A stretch of DNA of 51,068 nt from an uncultured Chitinophagales bacterium (GCA_963991145.1 CAXDOZ010000003.1:1-51068), one strand, 5' to 3'. Shown: positions 18,026-29,179, counted from the first letter of the stretch. Notes: generated by a model from the sequence alone, not told the origin. Translations and numbers: made by a program.

Positions 18026-18193
18026 ACTGGATGGGTTTGCTCTTTTTATTGATAATTGAATGTTGGAGGCCACTTTTACTGTCTTTCGGTTCATGTATAA
18101 CCTATGTCTAACTCTTCCGTATAAACATAGACTTCAAATTGACAACAGCTAATTAGCGATTCGGTTTGAAGTCACGTTAAAAATTCAACAAAA

Positions 18194-20836
18194 TTGACCT
18201 CCGACAACCAACATTTCTTCCACTTAAATAATAATCCTTATCAGGAAAGTAAAAGCTCTGTTGATTCCTATATTAAGTCAATGTATGACAAATTAGATAA
18301 TCTCAAAAGCAACATTGATACATCTGAGGAGATTGCCAAACTGAAAGCCGAATTAAACCAACTGAGAAGGATTGTGGAGTCTCCAAATCCCGGAAATCCA
18401 TTCTATCAGGAACTTCTAAATAGTCTGGAAGAAGGCTTTAGTCTTTTGGATCCAGATGGTAAGATTGAGTTTGTAAACGAACAATTCCTGGAAATTCTGG
18501 GATACACCGCCGATGAAGTAATCGGAATGCGTCCAGAAGAGATGATCTGGGAACTGGAAAATCAAGAATTCTTCCTTGAGAAGCATAAGAAAAGAAAGGA
18601 GGGTGTCGCAGATAGCTATGAAATTCAGGTAAAGCATAAAAGTGGTCATCCGATCTGGATGATGGTTAAAGCGAAGCCGCTTTTCAATTCTGATGGGAGC
18701 TACCGAGGCATTATGACACTCCATTATGATATCTCAAGAGAACTAGAGACTCGTGAGAGACTTAGGAAAAGTAAGGAGCAAATGGAGGCCAGGGTTCTAA
18801 ACAGAACTGCGGAGTTAAGAGAGACAAACCATCTCCTTCAAAACCAGATGAAGGAGAGAAAGCTTGCACAGCTGGAACTTCATAAGAGCAAGAAAAGAAT
18901 AGAGGAAATCTTCAATAATAGCCCGGATGGGATATTTGTAGAAGACCTCGATGGAAAGATCCTCCAGGCAAATGATGCAGCCGTAAAACTCCATCAGCTT
19001 AATTCTAAAGAAGACCTTATTGGGATGAGTGTATTCGATCTCACTCCAAAGTCTTTTGAAAATGAAGTGGCAGACAAATTCGAGCAAATTCTCAAAGAGA
19101 AAGTCCAATCATTTGAGAGCTATAGCCTGCTATCAAATGGGGAGATCATTCCAGTTGAAATTACTGCCAGATTGATTGAATATGATCAAAAGCCTGCAGT
19201 CCTTCTGAACGTCAGAGATATTACTGAAAGGAGAGCTTCTGAGGAACTACTTAAACGCTCTTTTGAAGAACTCGAGGAAAGAGTAGCAAATCGTACTAAA
19301 GAGCTAAGTGAGCTTAATGAGCAGCTCAAATCTGAGATTGAAGAAAGGAAGAGGTTTGAGAAGGAGCTGAAAAAGCAGGAATCGTACCTGAGGACCATAA
19401 TCGATACTGATCCGAGCATGATCTTCGTAAAGGATAGCAGGGGTAGATTTGTCATGGCAAATCAGGCAGTCGCCGATACTTATGGCACAACCGTTAATGA
19501 TCTAATCGGGAAGGACAATTCACATTTCAATCATATTTCTGATGAACTGAATTCATTCCACGATCAGGATAGGAAGGTTTTTGAATCAGGAAATCCAGTA
19601 GTGATCGCTAATGACAAGGTGACTAATCCAAAGACAGGAGAAACCAGAATCTTCCAGACAATCAAGGTCCCGATCAGCTTTGATGATGATGGGTCAAATA
19701 CTCATATTCTTGGAGTATCGACCGATATCACTGACCTAACCAAGGCCCGCTTAGACGTCGATAAACACAAAGATCTGTACAGAGAGATCGCTCATAGTAT
19801 TCCAAACTCTGCGATCTACCTGTTCAATGAGAATCTTGAATATGTTCTTGCAGATGGTCCGGAGGTAGAGTTCTTTGGTTATCCTAAGGAGTTCCTCGAA
19901 GGAAGACATATTCATGAAGCAATTACTGCTGAGACTCTACAGTGGATCGAGCCAATGTATCGAAGAGTATTTGCTGGTGAATCCAGTGAAAAAGGATTCA
20001 CCCATAAAGACAGGCACTACAACCTGTCTGTGATCCCGATCTATAACAATCAGGGAGAGGTACAATTTGGAATGGCTCTGGCGACCAATGTTACCGATCT
20101 AAAGAAATCTGAATCCGCTCTTGAAAAGAGAGCAGCTCAACTGGCAAGGTCTAATGAAGACCTCGAGAAATTCGCCTACGTAGCTTCTCACGACCTTCAG
20201 GAGCCTTTAAGATCTGTAGCATCATATGTTCAATTGCTGAAGAACAGGTACTCCGGCGAGTTAGATGAAGAGGCAGAAGAATTCATCTCTTTTGCAATAG
20301 ACGGCGTGAAAAGAATGCAGGCCCTGATCCAGGATCTCCTATCCTATTCAAGACTCACTTTCAAGGATCAACCTTACCAGGAAACCGATCTCAATGCACT
20401 TTTAGAAGGAGTTCAAAAGAACCTTGAAGAGACTATTGTTAAGCGAGAAGCAAGAATTGAAGTTCAAGGTTTGCCTACTCTAGCCGTAGACCCTTCTCAG
20501 ATCATTCAGCTATTCCAGAATTTATTGGAGAATGCAATGAAGTTCTGCCAGGAGACGAAGCCTGAAATTAAGGTCTACGCCGAGGAACTTGACAATCACT
20601 GGAAAATAAGTGTGCAGGATAATGGGATCGGTATTCCAAAGCAATTCGTCAATAAGATCTTTGTGATCTTCCAAAGACTACACAGTAGAAGTGATTACAA
20701 AGGAACTGGAATAGGCTTAGCTATTTGTAAGAAGATTACCGAAAGGCACGGAGGAGAAATTTGGGTCGAGTCTGAAGAGGGAAATGGAACTACATTCCAT
20801 TTAACAATTAGCAAGAGGCTTGAAAACTCCTATTGA
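18194..20836 (+). CDS. Cytoplasmic multi-PAS sensor histidine kinase
   Basis: Four PAS-like domains, two signalling helices (EARVLNRTAEL, EERVANRTKEL), ASHDLQEPLR H-box and N/G1/F/G2 boxes; no TM segment; alternative start ATG 18281. Confidence 0.92.
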   Translation: MTSDNQHFFHLNNNPYQESKSSVDSYIKSMYDKLDNLKSNIDTSEEIAKLKAELNQLRRIVESPNPGNPFYQELLNSLEEGFSLLDPDGKIEFVNEQFLEILGYTADEVIGMRPEEMIWELENQEFFLEKHKKRKEGVADSYEIQVKHKSGHPIWMMVKAKPLFNSDGSYRGIMTLHYDISRELETRERLRKSKEQMEARVLNRTAELRETNHLLQNQMKERKLAQLELHKSKKRIEEIFNNSPDGIFVEDLDGKILQANDAAVKLHQLNSKEDLIGMSVFDLTPKSFENEVADKFEQILKEKVQSFESYSLLSNGEIIPVEITARLIEYDQKPAVLLNVRDITERRASEELLKRSFEELEERVANRTKELSELNEQLKSEIEERKRFEKELKKQESYLRTIIDTDPSMIFVKDSRGRFVMANQAVADTYGTTVNDLIGKDNSHFNHISDELNSFHDQDRKVFESGNPVVIANDKVTNPKTGETRIFQTIKVPISFDDDGSNTHILGVSTDITDLTKARLDVDKHKDLYREIAHSIPNSAIYLFNENLEYVLADGPEVEFFGYPKEFLEGRHIHEAITAETLQWIEPMYRRVFAGESSEKGFTHKDRHYNLSVIPIYNNQGEVQFGMALATNVTDLKKSESALEKRAAQLARSNEDLEKFAYVASHDLQEPLRSVASYVQLLKNRYSGELDEEAEEFISFAIDGVKRMQALIQDLLSYSRLTFKDQPYQETDLNALLEGVQKNLEETIVKREARIEVQGLPTLAVDPSQIIQLFQNLLENAMKFCQETKPEIKVYAEELDNHWKISVQDNGIGIPKQFVNKIFVIFQRLHSRSDYKGTGIGLAICKKITERHGGEIWVESEEGNGTTFHLTISKRLENSY

Positions 20837-23010
20837 TCATCTTCATCATCATCTAAGTCAACAATCCCAAGATCGACCTTACGGTCAGGGATATTTGTTT
20901 CCTCAATAACCACTCTCAACTTATCTCCCATTCGGTAGATATGACCGGTTCGCAAACCTGTTAGCGTAAGCGATACATCATCAAAAGCGAAAGGCTCATC
21001 AGCCATTTCTCGTATGGCGACAAAACCTTCGCATTTGTTCTCAACCATCTCTACGAAAAAGCCATGAGCGGTGATCCAGGTAATGATGCCGTCGAACTCT
21101 TCGCCAATTTTATCGGATAGATATTCGACCTGTTTGTATTTGATCGCCTCTCTCTCAGCTTCAAGAGCTGAGCGTTCGCCATCTGAAGATTTCTGGCAAA
21201 GGACCTCCAGCTCATCCTTTGGGTAAATGATGTGCCTTCGATCTTTCAGTGCAGCCTCAAGGATCCTATGTACTAGCACATCCGGGTATCGTCGAATTGG
21301 CGAAGTGAAGTGGGTATAGTATTCAAATGCCAATCCGAAGTGGCCAATATTTTCAGTCGTATATTTTGCTTTAGACATTGATCTAATGGCCATCTTCTCT
21401 AGAATAGCCTGTTCTGGTTTGCCATGGATCTTTTTTATCAGATCATTCATAATGGCTGCCACATGTGACTCATCATCAAACTTCAATAAGTGCCCAAAAC
21501 GACGAGCCAAGAGGGAAAAGCTGTCCAGTTTTTCGGGATTAGGTCCATCGTGAACCCTGTAAACCATTGGAATTGGGTTGGACTCTGGATTAAGCATTGA
21601 AACATACTTGGCTACCAAAATATTAGCTAGAAGCATAAACTCCTCGACCAACTGATTGGACTCGTGCTTATCCTTTGTGTAAATCCCAATCGGATATCCC
21701 TCCTCATTGAGTTCGAATCGAACTTCCTCTGATTCAAAGTTTATTGAACCATTCTTAAATCGATTCTTCCTAAGATTTCTGGAAACAGTGATCAGTGTAT
21801 TGACTTCACTTGTAAACTCACTTTCTGCTCCATCAATGATATCCTGAACCTCTCCGTAAGTGAATCTTTTGTTGGAGTGAATAACGCTCTTTGTGAAAGC
21901 AGAACTAACTACTTTATGATTGGAATCAAACTCTACAAGTACCGAGAAAGCTAATCGATCCTCATTTGGACGAAGGCTACAGAGATTATTAGAAAGTCGC
22001 TCTGGAAGCATTGGGCAAACCCTGTCGGGTAGATAAACCGAAGTAGTTCTGTTAATTGCCTCCTTATCTAGAGCTGAATCCTGCTTCACGTAGTGAGATA
22101 CATCAGCAATGTGGATTCCTATCTCGAAGTTTCCATTTTCGAGTTCTCTAACAGATAAAGCATCATCAAAGTCCTTGGCATCAACTGGGTCGATTGTAAA
22201 TGTCACAACCTCTCTATGGTCGTGACGCTTTGAGATCTCTTTAGCGGAAATCTCTTCGGGCATTGAATCCGCTTCTTCCAGCGCTTTTGGAGGGAATTCA
22301 ATATCGAAGCCAGCCGAAAGAAGCACATTGTTCATTTCCAGCTCATTGCGGTTGAAGCCGGTCAGGATCTGTTCAACTTTTGCAGTAGGATTTTTATCCT
22401 CCAATTTCCATTCAACGATCTTTGCAATGACCTTATCGCCATCCTGAGCGCCACCCATCATGTTCTTTGGAACAAAGAGATCATAGCGCATTTTTCGATC
22501 ATCAGGTACAACGAATGCAAATTCACGGGACATTTGGAATGTGCCCATAAATCGGTCTTGCTTACGCTTAACGATATCTACAACGATCCCCTCTAGTCTT
22601 GATCTTCTGCTTGCAAAGAGCTTAATAGCAACGGTATCTCCCTGAAGGGCATTCATTCCGTTTTTTCGGGATACAAAAACATCTTTATTCAAAGACTGGC
22701 AGACTACGTATAGATCTCCACGAGCAGTTAGGTCAACTGTTCCTTCAATGGTCTCGATGGTTAATGGTGCACTCTCAATGGCCCCGGCAATCTTGACCTT
22801 ATTCGCACGAGTCTTTGTAAGCTTCCCGGAATCCAACAGACCCTCAAGGGTTCGCTTTACTTTCTCTGTGCTGTAGCTTTTTGAAAACTTACGATGAAGC
22901 TGAGAAAAGGTGCACTGCTTCTTTTGGTTGCCGGCGAGATAATTCAGGATTGCCTTCTCTACTGAGGTAGACTTAGGTTTGTTACTACGCTTCTTTCTTT
23001 TTTTAGCCAT
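20830..23010 (-). CDS. rnr: Ribonuclease R
   Basis: TIDPVDAKDFDDALS, HFTSPIRRYPD; cold-shock and S1 domains. Confidence 0.95.
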   Translation of the reverse strand: MAKKRKKRSNKPKSTSVEKAILNYLAGNQKKQCTFSQLHRKFSKSYSTEKVKRTLEGLLDSGKLTKTRANKVKIAGAIESAPLTIETIEGTVDLTARGDLYVVCQSLNKDVFVSRKNGMNALQGDTVAIKLFASRRSRLEGIVVDIVKRKQDRFMGTFQMSREFAFVVPDDRKMRYDLFVPKNMMGGAQDGDKVIAKIVEWKLEDKNPTAKVEQILTGFNRNELEMNNVLLSAGFDIEFPPKALEEADSMPEEISAKEISKRHDHREVVTFTIDPVDAKDFDDALSVRELENGNFEIGIHIADVSHYVKQDSALDKEAINRTTSVYLPDRVCPMLPERLSNNLCSLRPNEDRLAFSVLVEFDSNHKVVSSAFTKSVIHSNKRFTYGEVQDIIDGAESEFTSEVNTLITVSRNLRKNRFKNGSINFESEEVRFELNEEGYPIGIYTKDKHESNQLVEEFMLLANILVAKYVSMLNPESNPIPMVYRVHDGPNPEKLDSFSLLARRFGHLLKFDDESHVAAIMNDLIKKIHGKPEQAILEKMAIRSMSKAKYTTENIGHFGLAFEYYTHFTSPIRRYPDVLVHRILEAALKDRRHIIYPKDELEVLCQKSSDGERSALEAEREAIKYKQVEYLSDKIGEEFDGIITWITAHGFFVEMVENKCEGFVAIREMADEPFAFDDVSLTLTGLRTGHIYRMGDKLRVVIEETNIPDRKVDLGIVDLDDDEDDQ

Positions 23011-23034
23011 GTTTGGCTATATCGTTTTCACTCG

Positions 23035-24825
23035 TTAAGAGGCTGATTGTGCATCCATTCTGGCCTGGATATCTTTTAGCTCACCTTTAGGAATAGCAGA
23101 GATCAATTTCTGTGTGTATTCCTTTTGCGGGTGCTCATAGATCTCATCTGCCTGGCCCATTTCTTCAATCTCTCCTTTATTCATAACAACCATACGGTCA
23201 CTCATGAATTTAACCACTGAAAGGTCATGGGAGATAAAGATGTAGGTAAAATCGTAATCCTTTCTAAGCTTGATTAAGAGGTTCAGCACCTGCGCCTGAA
23301 CTGACACGTCAAGAGCTGAAACCGACTCATCACAAATGATGAAGCGAGGATTCAATGAAAGCGCTCTTGCAATACAGATACGCTGTCTTTGCCCTCCAGA
23401 AAATTCATGTGGGTAGCGATTGAAATGCTCCGCTCCAAGGCTTACGGTCTCAAGCAGGTCAACTACTTTCTCTTTTCTTGCCTTGTCGTTTCCATACAAG
23501 CCATGAACCTGCATCGGCTCAAGTATTGCATTTCCGATCGTCATTCTAGGATTCAAACTTGAATAAGGATCCTGGAAGATGATCTGCATATCCTCGCGAA
23601 GGTCGGTAAGCTCCTTGTCTGAAAGATTAAGAATGTTACGTCCTTCAAAAAGAACCTCTCCATCATAAGCAGGAGTCAATCTAAGGATGGTTCTTCCCAA
23701 TGTTGTTTTACCACAACCTGACTCACCTACCAATCCTAAAGTCTCTCCGGGATAAACATCGAAACTTACATCATCAACTGCCTTGACGTAGTCAAGAGTT
23801 TTACCGAAGAAATTGCTCTTCGATGGGAAGTAAGTCTTCAAATTCTTCACCTCAAGGATCGGCTTTTTAACCATTAGATCCTTGAGTCTTTGATCTGTTT
23901 CATCACGAGTAACGATCACCTTCTTGATCATATCCTCTACTGAGGATTCAAGCTCAATGATCTCTCCGTTTTCAACTTTCATGAAGTCGGAAACAGTAGG
24001 AAGCTTGCTAAGTCTTTTACCTAGTGGTGGACGACAGGCAAGAAGCCCTTTTGTATATGGATGCTGAGGGTTTTTAAAGATATCGAGAACAGGACCCTGC
24101 TCAACGATCTTACCCTTGTACATCACAATAACTCTATCGGCGATCTCAGCGATCACACCAAGGTCATGCGTAATGAAAACGATTGATGCTTCAACCTCTC
24201 TTTTAAGGTCGTTCATCAAATCGAGAATGGTCTTTTGAACTGTTACATCCAGAGCTGTTGTAGGCTCATCTGCAATAAGAATAGAAGGATTACATGACAT
24301 CGCCATGGCGATCATCACCCTTTGCTTCTGCCCTCCTGAAAGCTCGTGAGGATAGCTTCTGTAGATCCTGTCTGGAGTAGGAAGCTGAACCTTCTCGAAC
24401 ATTTGGATGGTTCTTTTCTTCGCCTCAGATTTGCTAACCTTTTGGTGCAATTGAATCGCTTCAACTACCTGATCCCCACAGGTAAATACAGGATTCAATG
24501 ATGTCATTGGCTCCTGAAAGATCATTGAGATATCATTACCTCGATATCTTCTCATTTCAGCTTCAGAGATGTCTAGAAGATTTACTTCACCTCGCTCTTT
24601 GTCGTGGAAGATGATCTCACCACCTGTGATCTTTCCAGGAGGGTCTGGGATCAATTGCATGATCGATAATGAAGTAACAGATTTTCCGGAGCCTGACTCT
24701 CCTACAATTCCAACTGTCTCACCTTTATTCAGGTGAAAACTTACATCATTAACGGCCTTAACTACTCTATCCTCAGTGTGGAATTCGGTTACCAGTCCTT
24801 TTACTTCCAGAAGCTTTTCTGACAT
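23035..24825 (-). CDS. Fused dual-domain peptide/nickel-type ABC transporter ATPase
   Basis: Two Walker A motifs (GESGSGKS, GESGCGKT), LSGGQ/FSGGQ, HPYT; no permease gene in the window. Confidence 0.92.
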   Translation of the reverse strand: MSEKLLEVKGLVTEFHTEDRVVKAVNDVSFHLNKGETVGIVGESGSGKSVTSLSIMQLIPDPPGKITGGEIIFHDKERGEVNLLDISEAEMRRYRGNDISMIFQEPMTSLNPVFTCGDQVVEAIQLHQKVSKSEAKKRTIQMFEKVQLPTPDRIYRSYPHELSGGQKQRVMIAMAMSCNPSILIADEPTTALDVTVQKTILDLMNDLKREVEASIVFITHDLGVIAEIADRVIVMYKGKIVEQGPVLDIFKNPQHPYTKGLLACRPPLGKRLSKLPTVSDFMKVENGEIIELESSVEDMIKKVIVTRDETDQRLKDLMVKKPILEVKNLKTYFPSKSNFFGKTLDYVKAVDDVSFDVYPGETLGLVGESGCGKTTLGRTILRLTPAYDGEVLFEGRNILNLSDKELTDLREDMQIIFQDPYSSLNPRMTIGNAILEPMQVHGLYGNDKARKEKVVDLLETVSLGAEHFNRYPHEFSGGQRQRICIARALSLNPRFIICDESVSALDVSVQAQVLNLLIKLRKDYDFTYIFISHDLSVVKFMSDRMVVMNKGEIEEMGQADEIYEHPQKEYTQKLISAIPKGELKDIQARMDAQSAS

Positions 24826-24848
24826 TCTATTCTTTATTGTTCAGCCCG

Positions 24849-24880
24849 CTAATTTAGACCTTTAAACAAGGATTCCCAAA
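24849..24880 (-). promoter_or_regulatory. Bacteroidota primary-sigma promoter for the ABC ATPase-rnr genes
   Basis: Minus strand TTTG-N20-TAAATTAG. Confidence 0.5.
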
Positions 24881-24896
24881 GAGCTATTCAACAGCT

Positions 24897-25943
24897 CTAA
24901 ATATTGATGTCGGCGGCATTCAACATCTTTTCCATATGAGCATCTAAACTTAGTTCATCTTTAAGTTTAAAATCGACTTTGAAACTGATTTCACCATTTA
25001 GGATCTGTTCAATTTTTTGTGCCCAATCTCCAGTCTCAAGGGTGTCAATTACAAGTCCCTGCCCCTCACTTATTATCTCCTTTCCTCCAGTCCATTTAGA
25101 GACTATGGCCGGTGTCCCGGCCGATAGGCTTTCTGAAACAATCTGCCCGAAGGGCTCATAAAAAGCTGGGTGCAAATGAAGATCTGCAATGTTGTAGAGA
25201 TCATTAGGAGCTTGCAGGAAACCCAAAGAGCGAAGATTAGTTAGGCTCGATCTAAATGGAGTCCCTGCTACAAGGAACAGGACTCTATCTCCGAAATATC
25301 TTGCCAGTGATTCAATTGTAGAAAGACCTTTTCGCCTATGGCTTGTAGATACAAAGGAGCAAACGAATTGGTCTTCCCTGACACCGTATTTCTTTCTCAG
25401 TGATTCCTTTTCTTCTGCGCTTAATTCGTAGAAGTTTTCTGTATTCAATGGTGGATATAGAACCTGGATCTTTGAATCACTCTCACCATAATAATCTACT
25501 ATCTCTTGAGACACCATTTGAGAGCATGCAAAGACAATTTTTGAATTGCTAAATGCCTTTCTATCCATTTTTAACTGAACCCAATCATCAGGCTTTTTGA
25601 ATAATGGTTTCTTACGATGAAGGAATCCGGCATGCGTATTAGGGGCAAGAACGAAATCCTGAGCCGAGGTCCTTTCCAGAGAGAGTGAAAAATCATAGTC
25701 CTTTCCGGAAAGAAAGCGCTTCAGTTTTGAATCAAATGCAAGAGGCCTGAGCAATCTGGGATAAGCAGAAACATCGAGATGAACGAAGTTGACATTTTTT
25801 GGAATTGGAGTTTCATCCAGGACCTTCCCACAGATCACCGTGACTTCATCTCCGTGTTTTAGGAAATACCTGATATAGTTTTGAAGGCGGGTCTCAAGTC
25901 CACCTTTCAGTCCATAACGAATATGTATCAGTGCGACTTTCAC
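24897..25943 (-). CDS. Glycosyltransferase family 4 (WaaG-like)
   Basis: GGLE near the N-terminus, RRKGL, EPFGQIVSESL; GTG start. Confidence 0.85.
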   Translation of the reverse strand: MKVALIHIRYGLKGGLETRLQNYIRYFLKHGDEVTVICGKVLDETPIPKNVNFVHLDVSAYPRLLRPLAFDSKLKRFLSGKDYDFSLSLERTSAQDFVLAPNTHAGFLHRKKPLFKKPDDWVQLKMDRKAFSNSKIVFACSQMVSQEIVDYYGESDSKIQVLYPPLNTENFYELSAEEKESLRKKYGVREDQFVCSFVSTSHRRKGLSTIESLARYFGDRVLFLVAGTPFRSSLTNLRSLGFLQAPNDLYNIADLHLHPAFYEPFGQIVSESLSAGTPAIVSKWTGGKEIISEGQGLVIDTLETGDWAQKIEQILNGEISFKVDFKLKDELSLDAHMEKMLNAADINI

Positions 25944-26665
25944 TAAAGATTAGAGCTGCTGCTGATCTGGTCACTTTCGATCAAAGGCAAACCAAGTAGT
26001 TTGAGCAATACCTGTGCACTTGTGACCACATCTTTCTCGCAGTAGACCGCAATTCTGTTCAGGTCTTTTTCTTCCCAGTAGACCTTCCCTACCATGCTAC
26101 CGTCAATATCATCTTTAGGTGTTGGGATATCGAAAACTGCTGCAAGAAGATTCAAACTGGTATAGGCTTTAAAATCTCCAAACTTCCACATCTGCATAGT
26201 GTCCAGTTGATTGATCTCCCAGGGTTTCTTTCCCTGGATCTGGAGGATCTTTGGAAGTTTTAATCCATTGATCAGCATTCTTCTACACAGGTAGGGCACA
26301 TCAAACTCCCTAATATTATGGCCACATAAGACCTTGTTGGCCTGATAAAAACTCTTATTCAACATCTCTGAGAAATCAGAAAGAAGCTTCTTCTCATCAT
26401 CTCCGTAAAAGGATTTGGTTCGTAAAGAGTATTTGCCTCCATTGGGGATGAATATCCCTGCTGAAATACAGACTACTTTGCCAAACTCAGCATAGATGCC
26501 GGCTCTTTCATAACTATCGGGAGACTCCTCATCCTCTTTACCAATTCTCTCATGCTTTAGATCCCACAATTTTTGGATCCTTTCTGATGTACTTGAGTAT
26601 TCAGCTTCCTGAGATACGGTCTCAATGTCGAAAACCAGGATGTTTGAAAGATCGTATTCAGCCAT
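25943..26665 (-). CDS. Stand-alone 3'-5' exonuclease (PolB exonuclease-like)
   Basis: VFDIETV, GHNIREFDVP, YCEKDV (DEDDy motifs). Confidence 0.88.
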   Translation of the reverse strand: MAEYDLSNILVFDIETVSQEAEYSSTSERIQKLWDLKHERIGKEDEESPDSYERAGIYAEFGKVVCISAGIFIPNGGKYSLRTKSFYGDDEKKLLSDFSEMLNKSFYQANKVLCGHNIREFDVPYLCRRMLINGLKLPKILQIQGKKPWEINQLDTMQMWKFGDFKAYTSLNLLAAVFDIPTPKDDIDGSMVGKVYWEEKDLNRIAVYCEKDVVTSAQVLLKLLGLPLIESDQISSSSNL

Positions 26666-26666
26666 T

Positions 26667-27275
26667 TTAGTCTCTTTTCTTTAATTCGATGAACAACTCC
26701 CTGCCTGCTCTTGGAGCAATGCTATTTTCAGCACGATCCATGTGAAGGATATCAAAATACGGCTCAAACAGGTTGGTATATTCCTCCTTGCTTCCTCCAA
26801 ATGGTGGCCCTTCTTCTGTCAATGGAAAGTCGAAGAGCAGTCCTGCCAATCGGCCCGAAGGGCTAAGAAGTTCAGAAGCTTTCTTTGCATAGTCTTTACG
26901 CATGGCAGGTGGCAAGGCACAAAAGAATGTTTGCTCAAGGATAATATCAAACTCTCCTTCTATTCCAAAAAAGTCAGAATTAATAAGGAACTCATCCTTA
27001 AATTCTGGATATCTGAACTTAACCGCACGTAAAGCTTCTTTTGCCCAGTCTACGATGAAAACATTCTCAAAACCCAGTTTTCTCAGGGCCTCAGCTTCGT
27101 AGGCTCTTCCAGCTCCAGGAATTAAAACTTTAACACTCACATTGCGTATACTTCCCATATATTGCATGAGTGCAGGAGATGGCATTCCAAGATCCCATCC
27201 GGTTTGATCATTCAAGTAGCGATCATTCCAATAATCGGGTGAGAAAATTTCTTTGCCTTCTTTCTGTTTGTCCAT
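26667..27275 (-). CDS. TPMT-family SAM-dependent methyltransferase
   Basis: YWNDRY..TGWDLG, VLIPGAG, EQTFFCAL, GPPFG. Confidence 0.85.
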   Translation of the reverse strand: MDKQKEGKEIFSPDYWNDRYLNDQTGWDLGMPSPALMQYMGSIRNVSVKVLIPGAGRAYEAEALRKLGFENVFIVDWAKEALRAVKFRYPEFKDEFLINSDFFGIEGEFDIILEQTFFCALPPAMRKDYAKKASELLSPSGRLAGLLFDFPLTEEGPPFGGSKEEYTNLFEPYFDILHMDRAENSIAPRAGRELFIELKKRD

Positions 27276-27295
27276 ATTTGTGAAAAATCTAGATC

Positions 27296-28234
27296 ATGAT
27301 CATTCCTGAGGATAATAATAGCAAAAGCAGGATTTACATTATTCTAATTGTACTGCTGCTAATTTCCTTCGTTGTCAGCCTTTACTTTCTGCAGCAGAAA
27401 TCAAAGGAGATTGAAGTTCTTAAATCAGAGCTTGTAGAGCAAGAAAATACTAGTAATGAGGAACAGGAGTTCTTGCTTTGGCAATACGACAATATCGTTG
27501 ACATGTACGATAGTTTGGGAATTGAGTATCAGAGCCTGATGGGGAAGAATGAAATGCTTGATAGCATCCTGATCGAGAGAGGAAACGAGAATTATCTTTT
27601 GCGCACTGAAATTGACCAGTTGAAAGCAAAGGGTGATCTGAATGAAGAAGAGATCGCCAAACTGAAAGCGCTTATCGATCAGTACGAAGTACAGAACAAA
27701 GAGTACCTGGCTCAAATCGAGCAGTTAGTTTCAGAGAATGAAGAGCTTGTTGTTGCTCTTGAGGAATCAAAAGCAGAGAACGAATTGCTTCAGGCTTCAA
27801 ATGAGTACCTGGGTAATAAGTATGTTCAGGGTTCTCTCTTAGAGACCAAAGCGCTAGAGATAACCGGAGTCAAATTCAAGAACAACGGTAAAGAGTCAAC
27901 TACAAATAAGATCAACAAACTGGAGCAGCTTAGAATCTGCTTTGAAACAGGTGACAACAATGTGATCGAGCCCGGACCGGTGAATATGTTGATTAGAATT
28001 GTAAAGCCTTCAGGTGTGACAATTGCGGTAGATGCAATGGGATCAGGTGTCTTTGAAAATGCCGATTCTGAGGAAGAAATGCTCTACACAAAGTCCATCG
28101 ATTTCGACTATGAAAATGTAAACAAGCGCATTTGTGTTTACTGGTCTGAGAATCTATATGAGGCTGGTGAATACACTATCGAAGTTTATCAGGCCGGTTA
28201 CAGAATCGGGTCTGGAGTAGTTACCCTTAAGTAG
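27296..28234 (+). CDS. Membrane-anchored coiled-coil protein of unknown function
   Basis: Single N-terminal TM helix, long heptad region, beta-rich C-terminal domain (GEYTIEVY). Confidence 0.75.
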   Translation: MIIPEDNNSKSRIYIILIVLLLISFVVSLYFLQQKSKEIEVLKSELVEQENTSNEEQEFLLWQYDNIVDMYDSLGIEYQSLMGKNEMLDSILIERGNENYLLRTEIDQLKAKGDLNEEEIAKLKALIDQYEVQNKEYLAQIEQLVSENEELVVALEESKAENELLQASNEYLGNKYVQGSLLETKALEITGVKFKNNGKESTTNKINKLEQLRICFETGDNNVIEPGPVNMLIRIVKPSGVTIAVDAMGSGVFENADSEEEMLYTKSIDFDYENVNKRICVYWSENLYEAGEYTIEVYQAGYRIGSGVVTLK

Positions 28235-28243
28235 AAAAGCCAT

Positions 28244-29179
28244 TTGGATCCTAAGGCCCATGATCGCACTCTGTTTCTTAAGAGGGTAGCGCATGATCTT
28301 GGATTTGAGGCTTGTGGGGTATCAAAAGCCGAATTGCTGTCAGAAGAGGCAAAACGTCTCGAATCCTGGCTAAATCAGGGTATGCATGGCAGCATGGATT
28401 ACATGCAAAATCATTTTGATTTTAGAATTGATCCAGGGAAACTTGTTCCGGGCGCTAAGAGTGTGGTTAGCCTTCTTTTCAATTACTTCCCTGGTGATGA
28501 TGTTGGGAACCAAAACTTTAAAGTCAGCAAGTACTCTTATGGTAGAGACTATCATAAGGTCATTAAGAAGAAGCTTCAAAAGTTACTTCAGTCTTTGAAT
28601 GATGAAATTGGAGTTTCTGTTCAGGGTCGGTGCTTTGTTGATTCAGCGCCAATTTTAGAGAGAGCCTGGGCAGCGAGATCAGGTCTAGGCTGGGTCGGTA
28701 AGAATGGGAATCTATTACGAAAGGGTTCCGGCAGCTGGTATTTCCTTGCTGAGCTAATTATTGATCTCGAGCTTGTACCGGATGGGCCAGTCAAAGATTA
28801 TTGTGGCAGCTGCACCAAGTGTATTGATGCCTGTCCTACCGATGCCATTTACGAACCCTACAAGGTTGATGGAAGCAAGTGCATAAGCTATTTCACTATC
28901 GAACAAAAAGGCGAATCGATCCCCGATGAATTTATTGGAAAGTTTGAACACTGGGCTTTTGGCTGTGATATCTGCCAGGATGTTTGCCCAATAAATGCCA
29001 GAGCGAAAAAACACACTGAACCTGACTTTGAGCCTCGATCACCCTGGCCTGAATTAAGTAATCAGGAATGGGTTGAGATGACAGAAGAAGTGTTTAACAA
29101 GTTATTCGAAGGTTCACCAGTAAAGAGAACTGGTCTTTCTGGTATTAAGAGGAATGTAAAATTCCTTCTAAAGGATTAG
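28244..29179 (+). CDS. queG: Epoxyqueuosine reductase
   Basis: [37 protein letters not shown]; TTG start. Confidence 0.95.
   Translation: MDPKAHDRTLFLKRVAHDLGFEACGVSKAELLSEEAKRLESWLNQGMHGSMDYMQNHFDFRIDPGKLVPGAKSVVSLLFNYFPGDDVGNQNFKVSKYSYGRDYHKVIKKKLQKLLQSLNDEIGVSVQGRCFVDSAPILERAWAARSGLGWVGKNGNLLRKGSGSWYFLAELIIDLELVPDGPVKDYCGSCTKCIDACPTDAIYEPYKVDGSKCISYFTIEQKGESIPDEFIGKFEHWAFGCDICQDVCPINARAKKHTEPDFEPRSPWPELSNQEWVEMTEEVFNKLFEGSPVKRTGLSGIKRNVKFLLKD

Noticed and set aside
23035-24825. Orphan ABC ATPase as a novel system
   Set aside because: Scattered ABC components are common in Bacteroidota; nothing else is unusual
25943-27275. Exonuclease plus methyltransferase as an anti-phage defence pair
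   Set aside because: The methyltransferase is a small-molecule TPMT type, and both genes sit in a housekeeping context with no island features
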